A stretch of DNA of 64,000 nt from Eledone cirrhosa (taxonomy: Eukaryota), in assembly GCA_964016885.1 (NCBI GenBank), contig OZ024741.1:346766001-346830000 (forward strand). The letters run 5' to 3'. The position numbers and the translations under genes are program-made. The notes below the pieces were generated by a model that was given only the letters and a program-made list of their open reading frames with translations, was not told the origin of the DNA and ran no database searches. Of the stretch, positions 38,501 through 52,377 are shown piece by piece; positions within the stretch are counted from its first letter, which is position 1; every line of letters begins with the position of its first letter.

Positions 38501-39875
38501 ATATATTCCCTCCATATACTATAGCGATGTTGTTGTTATTTCTGTTTACCTTTTACACACACACATAGACACACACATATATGTATATCTTTGTATCGGC
38601 AAGAATGACATTTGTTCCTGCCAATAATATCTCTCAACTAACACCCAAAGCGTTGCAAACGACTATTAAACGCAGATTAATTTGAGTATTGCCGCAAAAA
38701 TATAACTATCAATATCAAATAATAGATACAGGAAACATTTCAGATAATTCTCATTTGTTAGGTAACTCAATATTTGGTCTTACAGCGAGAAGGCAGGGGT
38801 GTACGAATTTAATATATGCTAGTATATAGACTTAAGCTGAAACATTCTTTATTCATATGGACATCTACGTTTGCCTTCTTGTTCCAAGCGGCATGAATTT
38901 ATTTCCGCAACCTGCTCTTACTTAAAGCTGTGGACCACATATCTTCGTATCCGACATTTAGGTGATGTCGAAATTTTGCGGCTTCCCCCACTTCGCAAAC
39001 ATTCGTCGTAATATTTACGTCAAGGAATGATACTCGATGTGATATAAGAAAGATTTTCTCCGCGTTATATAGAGATGAGCCTCCTCGTGAGATAATCAAG
39101 CAAAACAGTTGAATCCCGTGTATCCAATCGCGTACACGTGTCGGTAAACTTGAAATCCATTATTATCTGCTAACAAATAAACGAGGAACTGAGTAAATGA
39201 TCACAAACTAATTTTGTTTTATTGCACTCGTTTCAAATTTCTCTTCCAATCTATATAGATGTATATCTCGATCGTTGTGCACCACGCCATTCGCCTAGAG
39301 AACAGATAATGTGACATTTGTTCCTTCCGCTTTTAAACACATTACAGATATTTTTGGTTTTTCTATTGTTGTCTAAAAAATAGAGTAATATCTTATAGTG
39401 AATTCTCGTAATAACTAAAATAATACAATTCAATGAGGGAAATCTTTGGTGGTAATCATGTAAGTAAATGCTAAATCGCCAATAAAACACACGCTGACTG
39501 GTTTTAAAAAAACCGTGCATGCTTTTATGTAATTCCAGCAATTAATTTCTCTAAAAGAACAACGTAGGTATTAGAAGAGTGGGTTTATCTTGGTCTAACA
39601 TATACAACTTATTCATGGTTGGATGTCATATCAGGACCCATAAAGGTCAAAGAATTGTAGGAAATACATAACAATTCTCACTGAAATATGAATGTTATGT
39701 TGTAGGAAGAAGGCTTGAATAATATATGTGAAAGGACGGATTGTTTTCAGTTAAATAATTACGTTAGACAAACATTCTGCGAAAACCAGGCCAACTGCGC
39801 AAGTGAACAAACAATAATTTTATCGTATATATATATATATACATATATATATCGTATATATATATATATATATAT

Positions 39876-39916
<41 letters not shown>

Positions 39917-39921
<5 letters not shown>

Positions 39922-42900
39922 GTAAGTATGTATGTATACGTACATACATATATGTATACAGACGTACAGTAGCATGCATACATATACATATATATATATA
40001 TATATACATACATATACATATATATACATATATGCATACAGGTACACATACATATATGCACGCATCAGTTTAGCGGACGTTTATTACAACGCCGCTTTGT
40101 TCGTTTGTTTGTCAACAAACCGAACAGCCTGAATTTATGCCATACGGTGTTAAGGCAACCACGTCACCTTTTTGTTCAACACTGACACAGGAACGATGTA
40201 CTAGTTTCAAGCTTGTTAGCTATCATCAGCACCGTTTACCCATCTGCCAGATAGTTGAACGTTCGAAAGTATATACTTTCCTTATGAAAATTAACGGCTG
40301 AGCAGCCTAATTTGCATATTGAGTGAGTTAAATCGGTCAGGCATACCGAAAACGATAAGTTGAAAAAAATGAAAACGAAATTTCATTTCTCACTCTTAGT
40401 ATGGCACTTACTTAAATGTAAGTATGTATGTATACGTACATACATATATGTATACAGACGTACAGTAGCATGCATACATATACATATATATATATATATA
40501 TATATACATACATATACATATATATACATATATGCATACAGGTACACATACATATATGCACGCATCAGTTTAGCGGACGTTTATTACAACGCCGCTTTGT
40601 TCGTTTGTTTGTCAACAAACCGAACAGCCTGAATTTATGCCATACGGTGTTAAGGCAACCACGTCACCTTTTTGTTCAACACTGACACAGGAACGATGTA
40701 CTAGTTTCAAGCTTGTTAGCTATCATCAGCACCGTTTACCCATCTGCCAGATAGTTGAACGTTCGAAAGTATATACTTTCCTTATGAAAATTAACGGCTG
40801 AGCAGCCTAATTTGCATATTGAGTGAGTTAAATCGGTCAGGCATACCGAAAACGATAAGTTGAAAAAAATGAAAACGAAATTTCATTTCTCACTCTTAGT
40901 ATGGCACTTACTTAAATGTAAGTATGTATGTATACGTACATACATATATGTATACAGACGTACAGTAGCATGCATACATATACATATATATATATATATA
41001 TACATACATATACATATATATACATATATGCATACAGGTACACATACATATATGCACGCATCAGTTTAGCGGACGTTTATTACAACGCCGCTTTGTTCGT
41101 TTGTTTGTCAACAAACCGAACAGCCTGAATTTATGCCATACGGTGTTAAGGCAACCACGTCACCTTTTTGTTCAACACTGACACAGGAACGATGTACTAG
41201 TTTCAAGCTTGTTAGCTATCATCAGCACCGTTTACCCATCTGCCAGATAGTTGAACGTTCGAAAGTATATACTTTCCTTATGAAAATTAACGGCTGAGCA
41301 GCCTAATTTGCATATTGAGTGAGTTAAATCGGTCAGGCATACCGAAAACGGTAAGTTGAAAAAAATGAAAACGAAATTTCATTTCTCACTCTTAGTATGG
41401 CACTTACTTAAATGTAAGTATGTATGTATACGTACATACATATATGTATACAGACGTACAGTAGCATGCATACATATACATATATATATATATATATACA
41501 TACATATACATATATATACATATATGCATACAGGTACACATACATATATGCACGCATCAGTTTAGCGGACGTTTATTACAACGCCGCTTTGTTCGTTTGT
41601 TTGTCAACAAACCGAACAGCCTGAATTTATGCCATACGGTGTTAAGGCAACCACGTCACCTTTTTGTTCAACACTGACACAGGAACGATGTACTAGTTTC
41701 AAGCTTGTTAGCTATCATCAGCACCGTTTACCCATCTGCCAGATAGTTGAACGTTCGAAAGTATATACTTTCCTTATGAAAATTAACGGCTGAGCAGCCT
41801 AATTTGCATATTGAGTGAGTTAAATCGGTCAGGCATACCGAAAACGATAAGTTGAAAAAAATGAAAACGAAATTTCATTTCTCACTCTTAGTATGGCACT
41901 TACTTAAATGTAAGTATGTATGTATACGTACATACATATATGTATACAGACGTACAGTAGCATGCATACATATACATATATATATATATATATACATACA
42001 TATACATATATATACATATATGCATACAGGTACACATACATATATGCACGCATCAGTTTAGCGGACGTTTATTACAACGCCGCTTTGTTCGTTTGTTTGT
42101 CAACAAACCGAACAGCCTGAATTCATGCCATACGGTGTTAAGGCAACCACGTCACCTTTTTGTTCAACACTGACACAGGAACGATGTACTAGTTTCAAGC
42201 TTGTTAGCTATCATCAGCACCGTTTACCCATCTGCCAGATAGTTGAACGTTCGAAATTATATACTTTCCTTATGAAAATTAACGGCTGAGCAGCCTAATT
42301 TGCATATTGAGTGAGTTAAATCGGTCAGGCATACCGAAAACGATAAGTTGAAAAAAATGAAAACGAAATTTCATTTCTCACTCTTAGTATGGCACTTACT
42401 TAAATGTAAGTATGTATGTATACGTACATACATATATGTATACAGACGTACAGTAGCATGCATACATATACATATATATATATATATATACATACATATA
42501 CATATATATACATATATGCATACAGGTACACATACATATATGCACGCATCAGTTTAGCGGACGTTTATTACAACGCCGCTTTGTTCGTTTGTTTGTCAAC
42601 AAACCGAACAGCCTGAATTTATGCCATACGGTGTTAAGGCAACCACGTCACCTTTTTGTTCAACACTGACACAGGAACGATGTACTAGTTTCAAGCTTGT
42701 TAGCTATCATCAGCACCGTTTACCCATCTGCCAGATAGTTGAACGTTCGAAAGTATATACTTTCCTTATGAAAATTAACGGCTGAGCAGCCTAATTTGCA
42801 TATTGAGTGAGTTAAATCGGTCAGGCATACCGAAAACGATAAGTTGAAAAAAATGAAAACGAAATTTCATTTCTCACTCTTAGTATGGCACTTACTTAAA

Positions 42901-45900
42901 TGTAAGTATGTATGTATACGTACATACATATATGTATACAGACGTACAGTAGCATGCATACATATACATATATATATATATATACATACATATACATATA
43001 TATACATATATGCATACAGGTACACATACATATATGCACGCATCAGTTTAGCGGACGTTTATTACAACGCCGCTTTGTTCGTTTGTTTGTCAACAAACCG
43101 AACAGCCTGAATTTATGCCATACGGTGTTAAGGCAACCACGTCACCTTTTTGTTCAACACTGACACAGGAACGATGTACTAGTTTCAAGCTTGTTAGCTA
43201 TCATCAGCACCGTTTACCCATCTGCCAGATAGTTGAACGTTCGAAAGTATATACTTTCCTTATGAAAATTAACGGCTGAGCAGCCTAATTTGCATATTGA
43301 GTGAGTTAAATCGGTCAGGCATACCGAAAACGATAAGTTGAAAAAAATGAAAACGAAATTTCATTTCTCACTCTTAGTATGGCACTTACTTAAATGTAAG
43401 TATGTATGTATACGTACATACATATATGTATACAGACGTACAGTAGCATGCATACATATACATATATATATATATATATACATACATATACATATATATA
43501 CATATATGCATACAGGTACACATACATATATGCACGCATCAGTTTAGCGGACGTTTATTACAACGCCGCTTTGTTCGTTTGTTTGTCAACAAACCGAACA
43601 GCCTGAATTTATGCCATACGGTGTTAAGGCAACCACGTCACCTTTTTGTTCAACACTGACACAGGAACGATGTACTAGTTTCAAGCTTGTTAGCTATCAT
43701 CAGCACCGTTTACCCATCTGCCAGATAGTTGAACGTTCGAAAGTATATACTTTCCTTATGAAAATTAACGGCTGAGCAGCCTAATTTGCATATTGAGTGA
43801 GTTAAATCGGTCAGGCATACCGAAAACGATAAGTTGAAAAAAATGAAAACGAAATTTCATTTCTCACTCTTAGTATGGCACTTACTTAAATGTAAGTATG
43901 TATGTATACGTACATACATATATGTATACAGACGTACAGTAGCATGCATACATATACATATATATATATATATATACATACATATACATATATATACATA
44001 TATGCATACAGGTACACATACATATATGCACGCATCAGTTTAGCGGACGTTTATTACAACGCCGCTTTGTTCGTTTGTTTGTCAACAAACCGAACAGCCT
44101 GAATTTATGCCATACGGTGTTAAGGCAACCACGTCACCTTTTTGTTCAACACTGACACAGGAACGATGTACTAGTTTCAAGCTTGTTAGCTATCATCAGC
44201 ACCGTTTACCCATCTGCCAGATAGTTGAACGTTCGAAAGTATATACTTTCCTTATGAAAATTAACGGCTGAGCAGCCTAATTTGCATATTGAGTGAGTTA
44301 AATCGGTCAGGCATACCGAAAACGATAAGTTGAAAAAAATGAAAACGAAATTTCATTTCTCACTCTTAGTATGGCACTTACTTAAATGTAAGTATGTATG
44401 TATACGTACATACATATATGTATACAGACGTACAGTAGCATGCATACATATACATATATATATATATATATATACATACATATACATATATATACATATA
44501 TGCATACAGGTACACATACATATATGCACGCATCAGTTTAGCGGACGTTTATTACAACGCCGCTTTGTTCGTTTGTTTGTCAACAAACCGAACAGCCTGA
44601 ATTTATGCCATACGGTGTTAAGGCAACCACGTCACCTTTTTGTTCAACACTGACACAGGAACGATGTACTAGTTTCAAGCTTGTTAGCTATCATCAGCAC
44701 CGTTTACCCATCTGCCAGATAGTTGAACGTTCGAAAGTATATACTTTCCTTATGAAAATTAACGGCTGAGCAGCCTAATTTGCATATTGAGTGAGTTAAA
44801 TCGGTCAGGCATACCGAAAACGATAAGTTGAAAAAAATGAAAACGAAATTTCATTTCTCACTCTTAGTATGGCACTTACTTAAATGTAAGTATGTATGTA
44901 TACGTACATACATATATGTATACAGACGTACAGTAGCATGCATACATATACATATATATATATATATATACATACATATACATATATATACATATATGCA
45001 TACAGGTACACATACATATATGCACGCATCAGTTTAGCGGACGTTTATTACAACGCCGCTTTGTTCGTTTGTTTGTCAACAAACCGAACAGCCTGAATTT
45101 ATGCCATACGGTGTTAAGGCAACCACGTCACCTTTTTGTTCAACACTGACACAGGAACGATGTACTAGTTTCAAGCTTGTTAGCTATCATCAGCACCGTT
45201 TACCCATCTGCCAGATAGTTGAACGTTCGAAAGTATATACTTTCCTTATGAAAATTAACGGCTGAGCAGCCTAATTTGCATATTGAGTGAGTTAAATCGG
45301 TCAGGCATACCGAAAACGATAAGTTGAAAAAAATGAAAACGAAATTTCATTTCTCACTCTTAGTATGGCACTTACTTAAATGTAAGTATGTATGTATACG
45401 TACATACATATATGTATACAGACGTACAGTAGCATGCATACATATACATATATATATATATATATACATACATATACATATATATACATATATGCATACA
45501 GGTACACATACATATATGCACGCATCAGTTTAGCGGACGTTTATTACAACGCCGCTTTGTTCGTTTGTTTGTCAACAAACCGAACAGCCTGAATTTATGC
45601 CATACGGTGTTAAGGCAACCACGTCACCTTTTTGTTCAACACTGACACAGGAACGATGTACTAGTTTCAAGCTTGTTAGCTATCATCAGCACCGTTTACC
45701 CATCTGCCAGATAGTTGAACGTTCGAAAGTATATACTTTCCTTATGAAAATTAACGGCTGAGCAGCCTAATTTGCATATTGAGTGAGTTAAATCGGTCAG
45801 GCATACCGAAAACGATAAGTTGAAAAAAATGAAAACGAAATTTCATTTCTCACTCTTAGTATGGCACTTACTTAAATGTAAGTATGTATGTATACGTACA

Positions 45901-47514
45901 TACATATATGTATACAGACGTACAGTAGCATGCATACATATACATATATATATATATATATACATACATATACATATATATACATATATGCATACAGGTA
46001 CACATACATATATGCACGCATCAGTTTAGCGGACGTTTATTACAACGCCGCTTTGTTCGTTTGTTTGTCAACAAACCGAACAGCCTGAATTTATGCCATA
46101 CGGTGTTAAGGCAACCACGTCACCTTTTTGTTCAACACTGACACAGGAACGATGTACTAGTTTCAAGCTTGTTAGCTATCATCAGCACCGTTTACCCATC
46201 TGCCAGATAGTTGAACGTTCGAAAGTATATACTTTCCTTATGAAAATTAACGGCTGAGCAGCCTAATTTGCATATTGAGTGAGTTAAATCGGTCAGGCAT
46301 ACCGAAAACGATAAGTTGAAAAAAATGAAAACGAAATTTCATTTCTCACTCTTAGTATGGCACTTACTTAAATGTAAGTATGTATGTATACGTACATACA
46401 TATATGTATACAGACGTACAGTAGCATGCATACATATACATATATATATATATATATACATACATATACATATATATACATATATGCATACAGGTACACA
46501 TACATATATGCACGCATCAGTTTAGCGGACGTTTATTACAACGCCGCTTTGTTCGTTTGTTTGTCAACAAACCGAACAGCCTGAATTTATGCCATACGGT
46601 GTTAAGGCAACCACGTCACCTTTTTGTTCAACACTGACACAGGAACGATGTACTAGTTTCAAGCTTGTTAGCTATCATCAGCACCGTTTACCCATCTGCC
46701 AGATAGTTGAACGTTCGAAAGTATATACTTTCCTTATGAAAATTAACGGCTGAGCAGCCTAATTTGCATATTGAGTGAGTTAAATCGGTCAGGCATACCG
46801 AAAACGATAAGTTGAAAAAAATGAAAACGAAATTTCATTTCTCACTCTTAGTATGGCACTTACTTAAATGTAAGTATGTATGTATACGTACATACATATA
46901 TGTATACAGACGTACAGTAGCATGCATACATATACATATATATATATATATATACATACATATACATATATATACATATATGCATACAGGTACACATACA
47001 TATATGCACGCATCAGTTTAGCGGACGTTTATTACAACGCCGCTTTGTTCGTTTGTTTGTCAACAAACCGAACAGCCTGAATTTATGCCATACGGTGTTA
47101 AGGCAACCACGTCACCTTTTTGTTCAACACTGACACAGGAACGATGTACTAGTTTCAAGCTTGTTAGCTATCATCAGCACCGTTTACCCATCTGCCAGAT
47201 AGTTGAACGTTCGAAAGTATATACTTTCCTTATGAAAATTAACGGCTGAGCAGCCTAATTTGCATATTGAGTGAGTTAAATCGGTCAGGCATACCGAAAA
47301 CGATAAGTTGATGCGTGCATATATGTATGTGTACCTGTATGCATATATGTATATATATGTATATGTATGTATATATATATATATATATGTATATGTATGC
47401 ATGCTACTGTACGTCTGTATACATATATGTATGTACGTATACATACATACTTACATTTAAGTAAGTGCCATACTAAGAGTGAGAAATGAAATTTCGTTTT
47501 CATTTTTTTCAACT

Positions 47515-47517
<3 letters not shown>
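39917..47517 (-). repeat. Tandem array of 15 ~496-bp hammerhead-bearing units (retrozyme-like) with a terminal ~208-bp inversion, flanked by (TA)n
   Basis: Period 494-500 bp from recurring ORF-track starts (40360, 40860, 41356 ... 46812); 47309-47517 is the reverse complement of the next expected segment. Confidence 0.95.
40192..40236 (-). ncRNA. Minimal type I hammerhead, first of 15 (starts 40192, 40692, 41188, 41684, 42180, 42676, 43170, 43666, 44162, 44660, 45156, 45652, 46148, 46644, 47140)
   Basis: aacggtg-CTGATGA-t-agct-aaca-agct-t-GAAA-CTAG-TA|catcgtt: 7-bp stem I, 4-bp stem II, palindromic stem III loop, GUA cleavage triplet (cut between 40199 and 40198). Confidence 0.88.
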
Positions 47518-47562
<45 letters not shown>

Positions 47563-47596
47563 AAACTGTGAGTTTTTAACTCAATATATACTTTTG

Positions 47597-47646
<50 letters not shown>

Positions 47647-47990
47647 GGCGATGAATTAGTTTTGCGAGGGTTTTGATATGAAATCGTGTGTCGAAACAAA
47701 TATATATATCGTATTCCAACTAATTAAGAAGTTATTTCTATCTTGTGTCTTATTTTCATTGTTCTATCTACAAACACACACACGCACACACACAGACACA
47801 TGCAACCCCCCCCCCCCCCCCCCACACACACATACACACACACATATACCTATATAAATGAATCTGAAACATGGTTGGATTCTTCGTCGACAAAAATTTA
47901 AGCGATGGTGCATGCACACAACTCCAACAAAGGTCAATTCTCTATCTTGTACGATTACAATAACTATTACCATTATTACTTTTATCAGTG

Positions 47991-48186
47991 GGCGGTGGAT
48001 TGGCAGTATCGGTAGAGGGTCGGATGCCATGCTTTGAAGCATAGAGTTACTTCCCTTTATGATCTGAGTTCAAATCCCGCCGAGGTTAACTTTGTCTTTC
48101 ATCCTTACGGGGTCGATAAAATAAAGTACCAGTAATACACTGAGATAATTGCTGGCCTTGTGCCAAAAGTAGAAACAATTATTATT
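47991..48186 (+). mobile_element. Full-length tRNA-derived SINE (Nin/Deu-like core) with an (ATT)n tail
   Basis: A box TGGCAGTATCGG, B box GAGTTCAAATCC, core CTTTCATCCTTACGGGGTCGATAAAATAAAGTACCAG. Confidence 0.88.
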
Positions 48187-50439
48187 CGGCGGCTACGATG
48201 TGTACGCATCTCCCAGCCGACTTGGATCGAGGGGAGGAATTGCTGTGCTTTTTCGGAGAGGTTTGGATGTCGCCATACGGGCCATCTCCATGGACCCAGA
48301 GAGTAAGTTGGTGGTGCTGGATGTGACCAGCGGAGACGGGCAAGCTTTCAGGTCAGTGGACGTCTATGCCCCGACAGGTGCAGGCCGCGTGATTTCTTCC
48401 GGCGTGTGGAGACCTTTCTTGGAACGTCCCGCTCTTTAGTGTTAGTGGGCGACTGGAGCGGGATCTTAGATGCACGCTGGGACTTTGTGGGATTAGCGGA
48501 TAGGTGAGGAGGATGTAAAGCCTAGCAAACCTGCTCAGACGGTTTCAACTGTCTGACAGCTACCGTCTGGATTTCCCGAATGTGGCAATGTGGACATGGA
48601 CAAACTGCTTCGGGTCATCGAGATCATATCTAAATAGGGTATTTTGTAGGGAAATAGATAGGTCTAGCATAGGCTGTCCACATTTCAAAATAGTCGACTA
48701 CACGGACCAGAAATTCGTGATCTGTGAGGTTGCCTTAGATAGGCTTCATAGACAAGGACCCGGCTACTGAAAGCTAAACGCGTCATTATCTGCGCACAAG
48801 GCCTACAGAGACCAGATTAGCGAACTACTTAAGCGGGCGTTGACGGGCCATCGTCAACGACAAATGGTGGTTTTCTCTGAAATAGAGTCCATTAGGTTTA
48901 GTAGGGCTTTAGCAATAGAGAAAAATAAAGCAGAGGGAGAACTAGTTAGAAAATTAGACGAGGCGCTTAGTAAAGGCATCGCGACCGACGTACTTGCGGC
49001 GAAATTGGCCCTTGACCAATTCTTCAATGCAAAGCACGAAGGCTGCGTTGTCAGACACGAGGGGACGAAAGCAATTCAATGGGCCCGAGTGGCGGGCGCG
49101 CGTCGTAGCAACAAAGCCATGATCCGGTCATTGGTGGACCACGACGGGCACATGCTACTCGATCCCGGGAAAATGTGTTAAGCTTTTCAGTGACACTTCG
49201 CTCAGCTGTTCGGGGGCAGCGGCGGGGCGGATCGAGGGATGGACTGCACTACACTAAGAGGATGGACGGCACTACACTAAGAGAATACGAAGCGGTGACA
49301 GGAGCAATATTTAACCTGGAAAAGTCGGTGGGCCTGCAGCTTGGCTCCTGGAGAGGCAGGTCCATGCCGCCCAACAACGTCGTCGGGCGCTGGACGGAGG
49401 GACCAGTTAAATTGCTGGGGGTCTGGTTCAGTCCGCACCTCCAGACGGACAAAAACTGGGACGAGGTGACGAGCAGGATGGCTTCCATGACCCAGAAACG
49501 CAGAGAGGAAGGTATCCCTGAAAGGTCGAGCGGATGTGGCGAATGCGAACACCGCGTCCGTCATCTACTACCACCTGACCGTCGTGCCTTGCCCTAAGCC
49601 TCGCCTGACTGCTCTGGAGCGTTTGCTCTTTCGCTTTTTGTGGAAGGGACGCGCTCCGATGGTCAAGCGGTCCATCTGCTGTCAACACGCGCTACGTGGA
49701 GAGCAGGCATGCTGTGGGGCTCAGGCCTCTTCCTCGACGGTGATCAGGTGTGACCGCCGTTTGCTAGACGCTTCTTTCCCCAGCTAGTCTCCTTGATGGA
49801 GCTGCAGTTCTGGGTCAAGCGAAGACCGAGAGGGAGCGCTTGGAGACTGGAATGTCTTCAGGCGCTCACAGCTCTCGACCAGTCGGTAATGTGATTGGTG
49901 GAAACTCCACCTTGGCGTTCTATAGAGGATTAGTGTAGGGGAAGAGCGAGGACGTACTTGGGGAAACTCTAGGCGTTGACGAAAATCAACTTGCCAATCT
50001 CTTCGGAAGAACTTTCGGGCCGGGGCCTATGGACAACTTCCAGAAATCCCTGGCCTGGCAGTGCTACCGAGGAGCTTTGCCAGTTCGGGATAAACTCAAC
50101 AGGCATGGAAGTGCCGTCAACCGAGCATGTCCGAGATGCGCACAGGGCGACAAAACCGTTCTGCACGCACTCGTCCAGTGTCCGAGCATTGCTGACTTGT
50201 GGGTTTATGTCGAACACCTGCTGTCGCGTGTAGGACGGATACGACTATCAGCTGAGTCCATCGTGAGGATTGCCCCGCCCTCTTCCTTTAGCCGGGAAGG
50301 GCAGGAAGTTTTTATCTGTCTGGTGGCCATGGCGAATGAGATAGTATGGTGGACACGTTTGAAAGGGCTGAAGACAAGCACTTACCTCTTCGGTGATGCT
50401 CTGATTAATTTTTTCAAATTTCATTTGAAAAGGAAAATC
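48185..50439 (+). mobile_element. Tx1 family 1 copy D: 5'-truncated ORF2 lacking the RT core and the 3' end
   Basis: Collinear with copy C from FGGYDVYAS; jumps from GMD to GTTLREY near 49250; stops at KRKI. Confidence 0.9.
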
Positions 50440-51790
50440 GTAATTTGGGTAGTATCATTAGAGCCCATAGTAAATTCGACATTACTATGGGCTCTAATGA
50501 TTCTGCCCAAATTACGATCTTGTGGGCCTCTTTCTTCTATTTAACATAAATGCTTCTTTTCCCCACCTTAAAGGTGGTTTATATCGTGATGACTATCTTC
50601 TTCTTTCCACTAACCTTAGCCTATCAGAAATTGAAAAAAACTAAAAAAACTTATTAGAACTTTCCTCAATGACTATTATAGTCTCACTATTACATTTAAA
50701 AACACCAGTAAAGTAGTTAATTTCCCTGATATAACTTTAGACTTATCTACGGGTATCTACCAACCTTACCATAAACCAAACCAAAACTTACATTATATAC
50801 ACTCACAATCTAATCACCCTAAATCTATCCTTAAAAACCTAGCATATAATATCTCACTCAGAATTTCTAACCTTTCATCTAACCAGGATGTATTCGATAA
50901 AAATGCGAACTTTTATAACGAAGTTTTAGCTAGAAGCGGCCACAAAAACAAATTAGTATATATACCTTGTACCAATAATATTACAAATATACAACCCAAT
51001 ATTACCAACAAACACGAAATGAAATATACACATCTAAATGCCACTCACACTATACCAAAAAATACCAACTTAAAACTTAATTTCTCTACCTCTTCTAATA
51101 TACAATATAATAACTTTCAAAAAACCATTCATCCTAATATTCCAATATATGTTAATAACATTACTAACAAAATTCCTAATAATCAGGCTAAAACACCTAA
51201 ATATGTGAATCTAACTAAACATATGTGTAATAAAATCACTAATACTAATTATCTTAGTAAACATCAGGATATATCGTATAAAAATAAAAAAACAACATCG
51301 AAACCGTAATAGACGAGTTACTTGGTATAATGCTTCATTTAATCTACAAATTAAAGATAATATAGCTAAAAAACTTTATACTATCCTAGAGAAAAACTTC
51401 CCGACAAACCATAAATACCATTAAATTTTAAATAGATCAACGGTCAAATTCTCCTACTCCACAACCAAAAATATACAACAAAATATAAGTGCTTACAATG
51501 CATATAAATGAAAAAAAAACATGAATATACCACCAACACATCAAACTAACCATAATACTAAAATAAACCACAGCAAACCACCATCTCATTTACATACAAC
51601 AAGTCGAGAAAATTCCACACCTAATTTGACTAACTCCCCTGATATAACATTCACGAAAGGTTCTAACCGTAGAAACAAAGCAGGAACTGATTATACAAAG
51701 CGGTTGCCTGTCTGGCAGAAATCGAAAACAATAGCGTAAGGTCTTCGAAATGCTTTTAATTAAGCATACAGTGTATTGCAAAATACACTA
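50437..51790 (+). mobile_element. Decayed Hydra-type PLE fragment with a 37-bp 5' fold-back
   Basis: FDITMGSNDSAQIT, GGLYRDD, YQPYHKPNQ..YIHSQSNHP, VTWYN..FN; arms at 50437-50473 and 50482-50518. Confidence 0.8.
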
Positions 51791-52141
51791 TATATACATT
51801 CATATATATATATATATATCGCTATTTCAAAGCACCAATTCTAATTTTCAATTTCTGCCTGACCGGCAACCGCTCTGTATAATCAGTTCCTGATTATTAC
51901 TAGAATTCTATAAGAATCAAACATTCATGATTTTCAGCAAACAGGTTGAGTACTTGGCTTTGATAAGTACCAATCAGTACGAAACAGAGCTCTGTCAGCT
52001 TTATCTCCTCTGTTTGCTGAACATTTAAAGTAAGTGATACTGTCACTCCTCTAAAACAATAGCGTAAGGTCTTCGAAATGCTTTTAATTAAGCATACAGT
52101 GTATTGGAAAATACACTATATATACATTCATATATATATCG

Positions 52142-52191
<50 letters not shown>

Positions 52192-52329
52192 AGTGTAAGT
52201 TTCTATACAAAACGAAGGTTATAGAGAAAATTGAGGTTGGTAATGGCACATGGAATATATAAGAGACAGAATACTTTTTTGTGAAAAAACATATAATTTT
52301 ATAAGGTAAGGAAATAATAAAGGGTATAA

Positions 52330-52377
52330 AAAATGACCGGTTTCGATGGGTCTGCAAAAGCCATCTTTTCAAATGTT
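52330..52377 (-). ncRNA. Minimal hammerhead, U3-A8 core variant (mirror copy 55837-55885, +, with GUC>GCC)
   Basis: aacat-TTGAAAA-gatgg-cttttgcagac-ccatc-GAAA-CCGG-TC-atttt. Confidence 0.7.

Noticed and set aside
38860-39110. 66-aa minus-strand ORF in non-repetitive DNA
   Set aside because: No recognisable motif or convincing splice sites.
39917-47310. CRISPR array or tandem protein-coding genes (repeated 66-107 aa ORFs)
   Set aside because: There are no variable spacers or cas genes and the context is eukaryotic. The ORFs run through TA/CA microsatellite and change frame with repeat count.
51680-51745. Hammerhead in the third Hydra-type fragment (CTGATTA...GAAAAC)
   Set aside because: The core is mutated and stems I and III cannot be formed convincingly.
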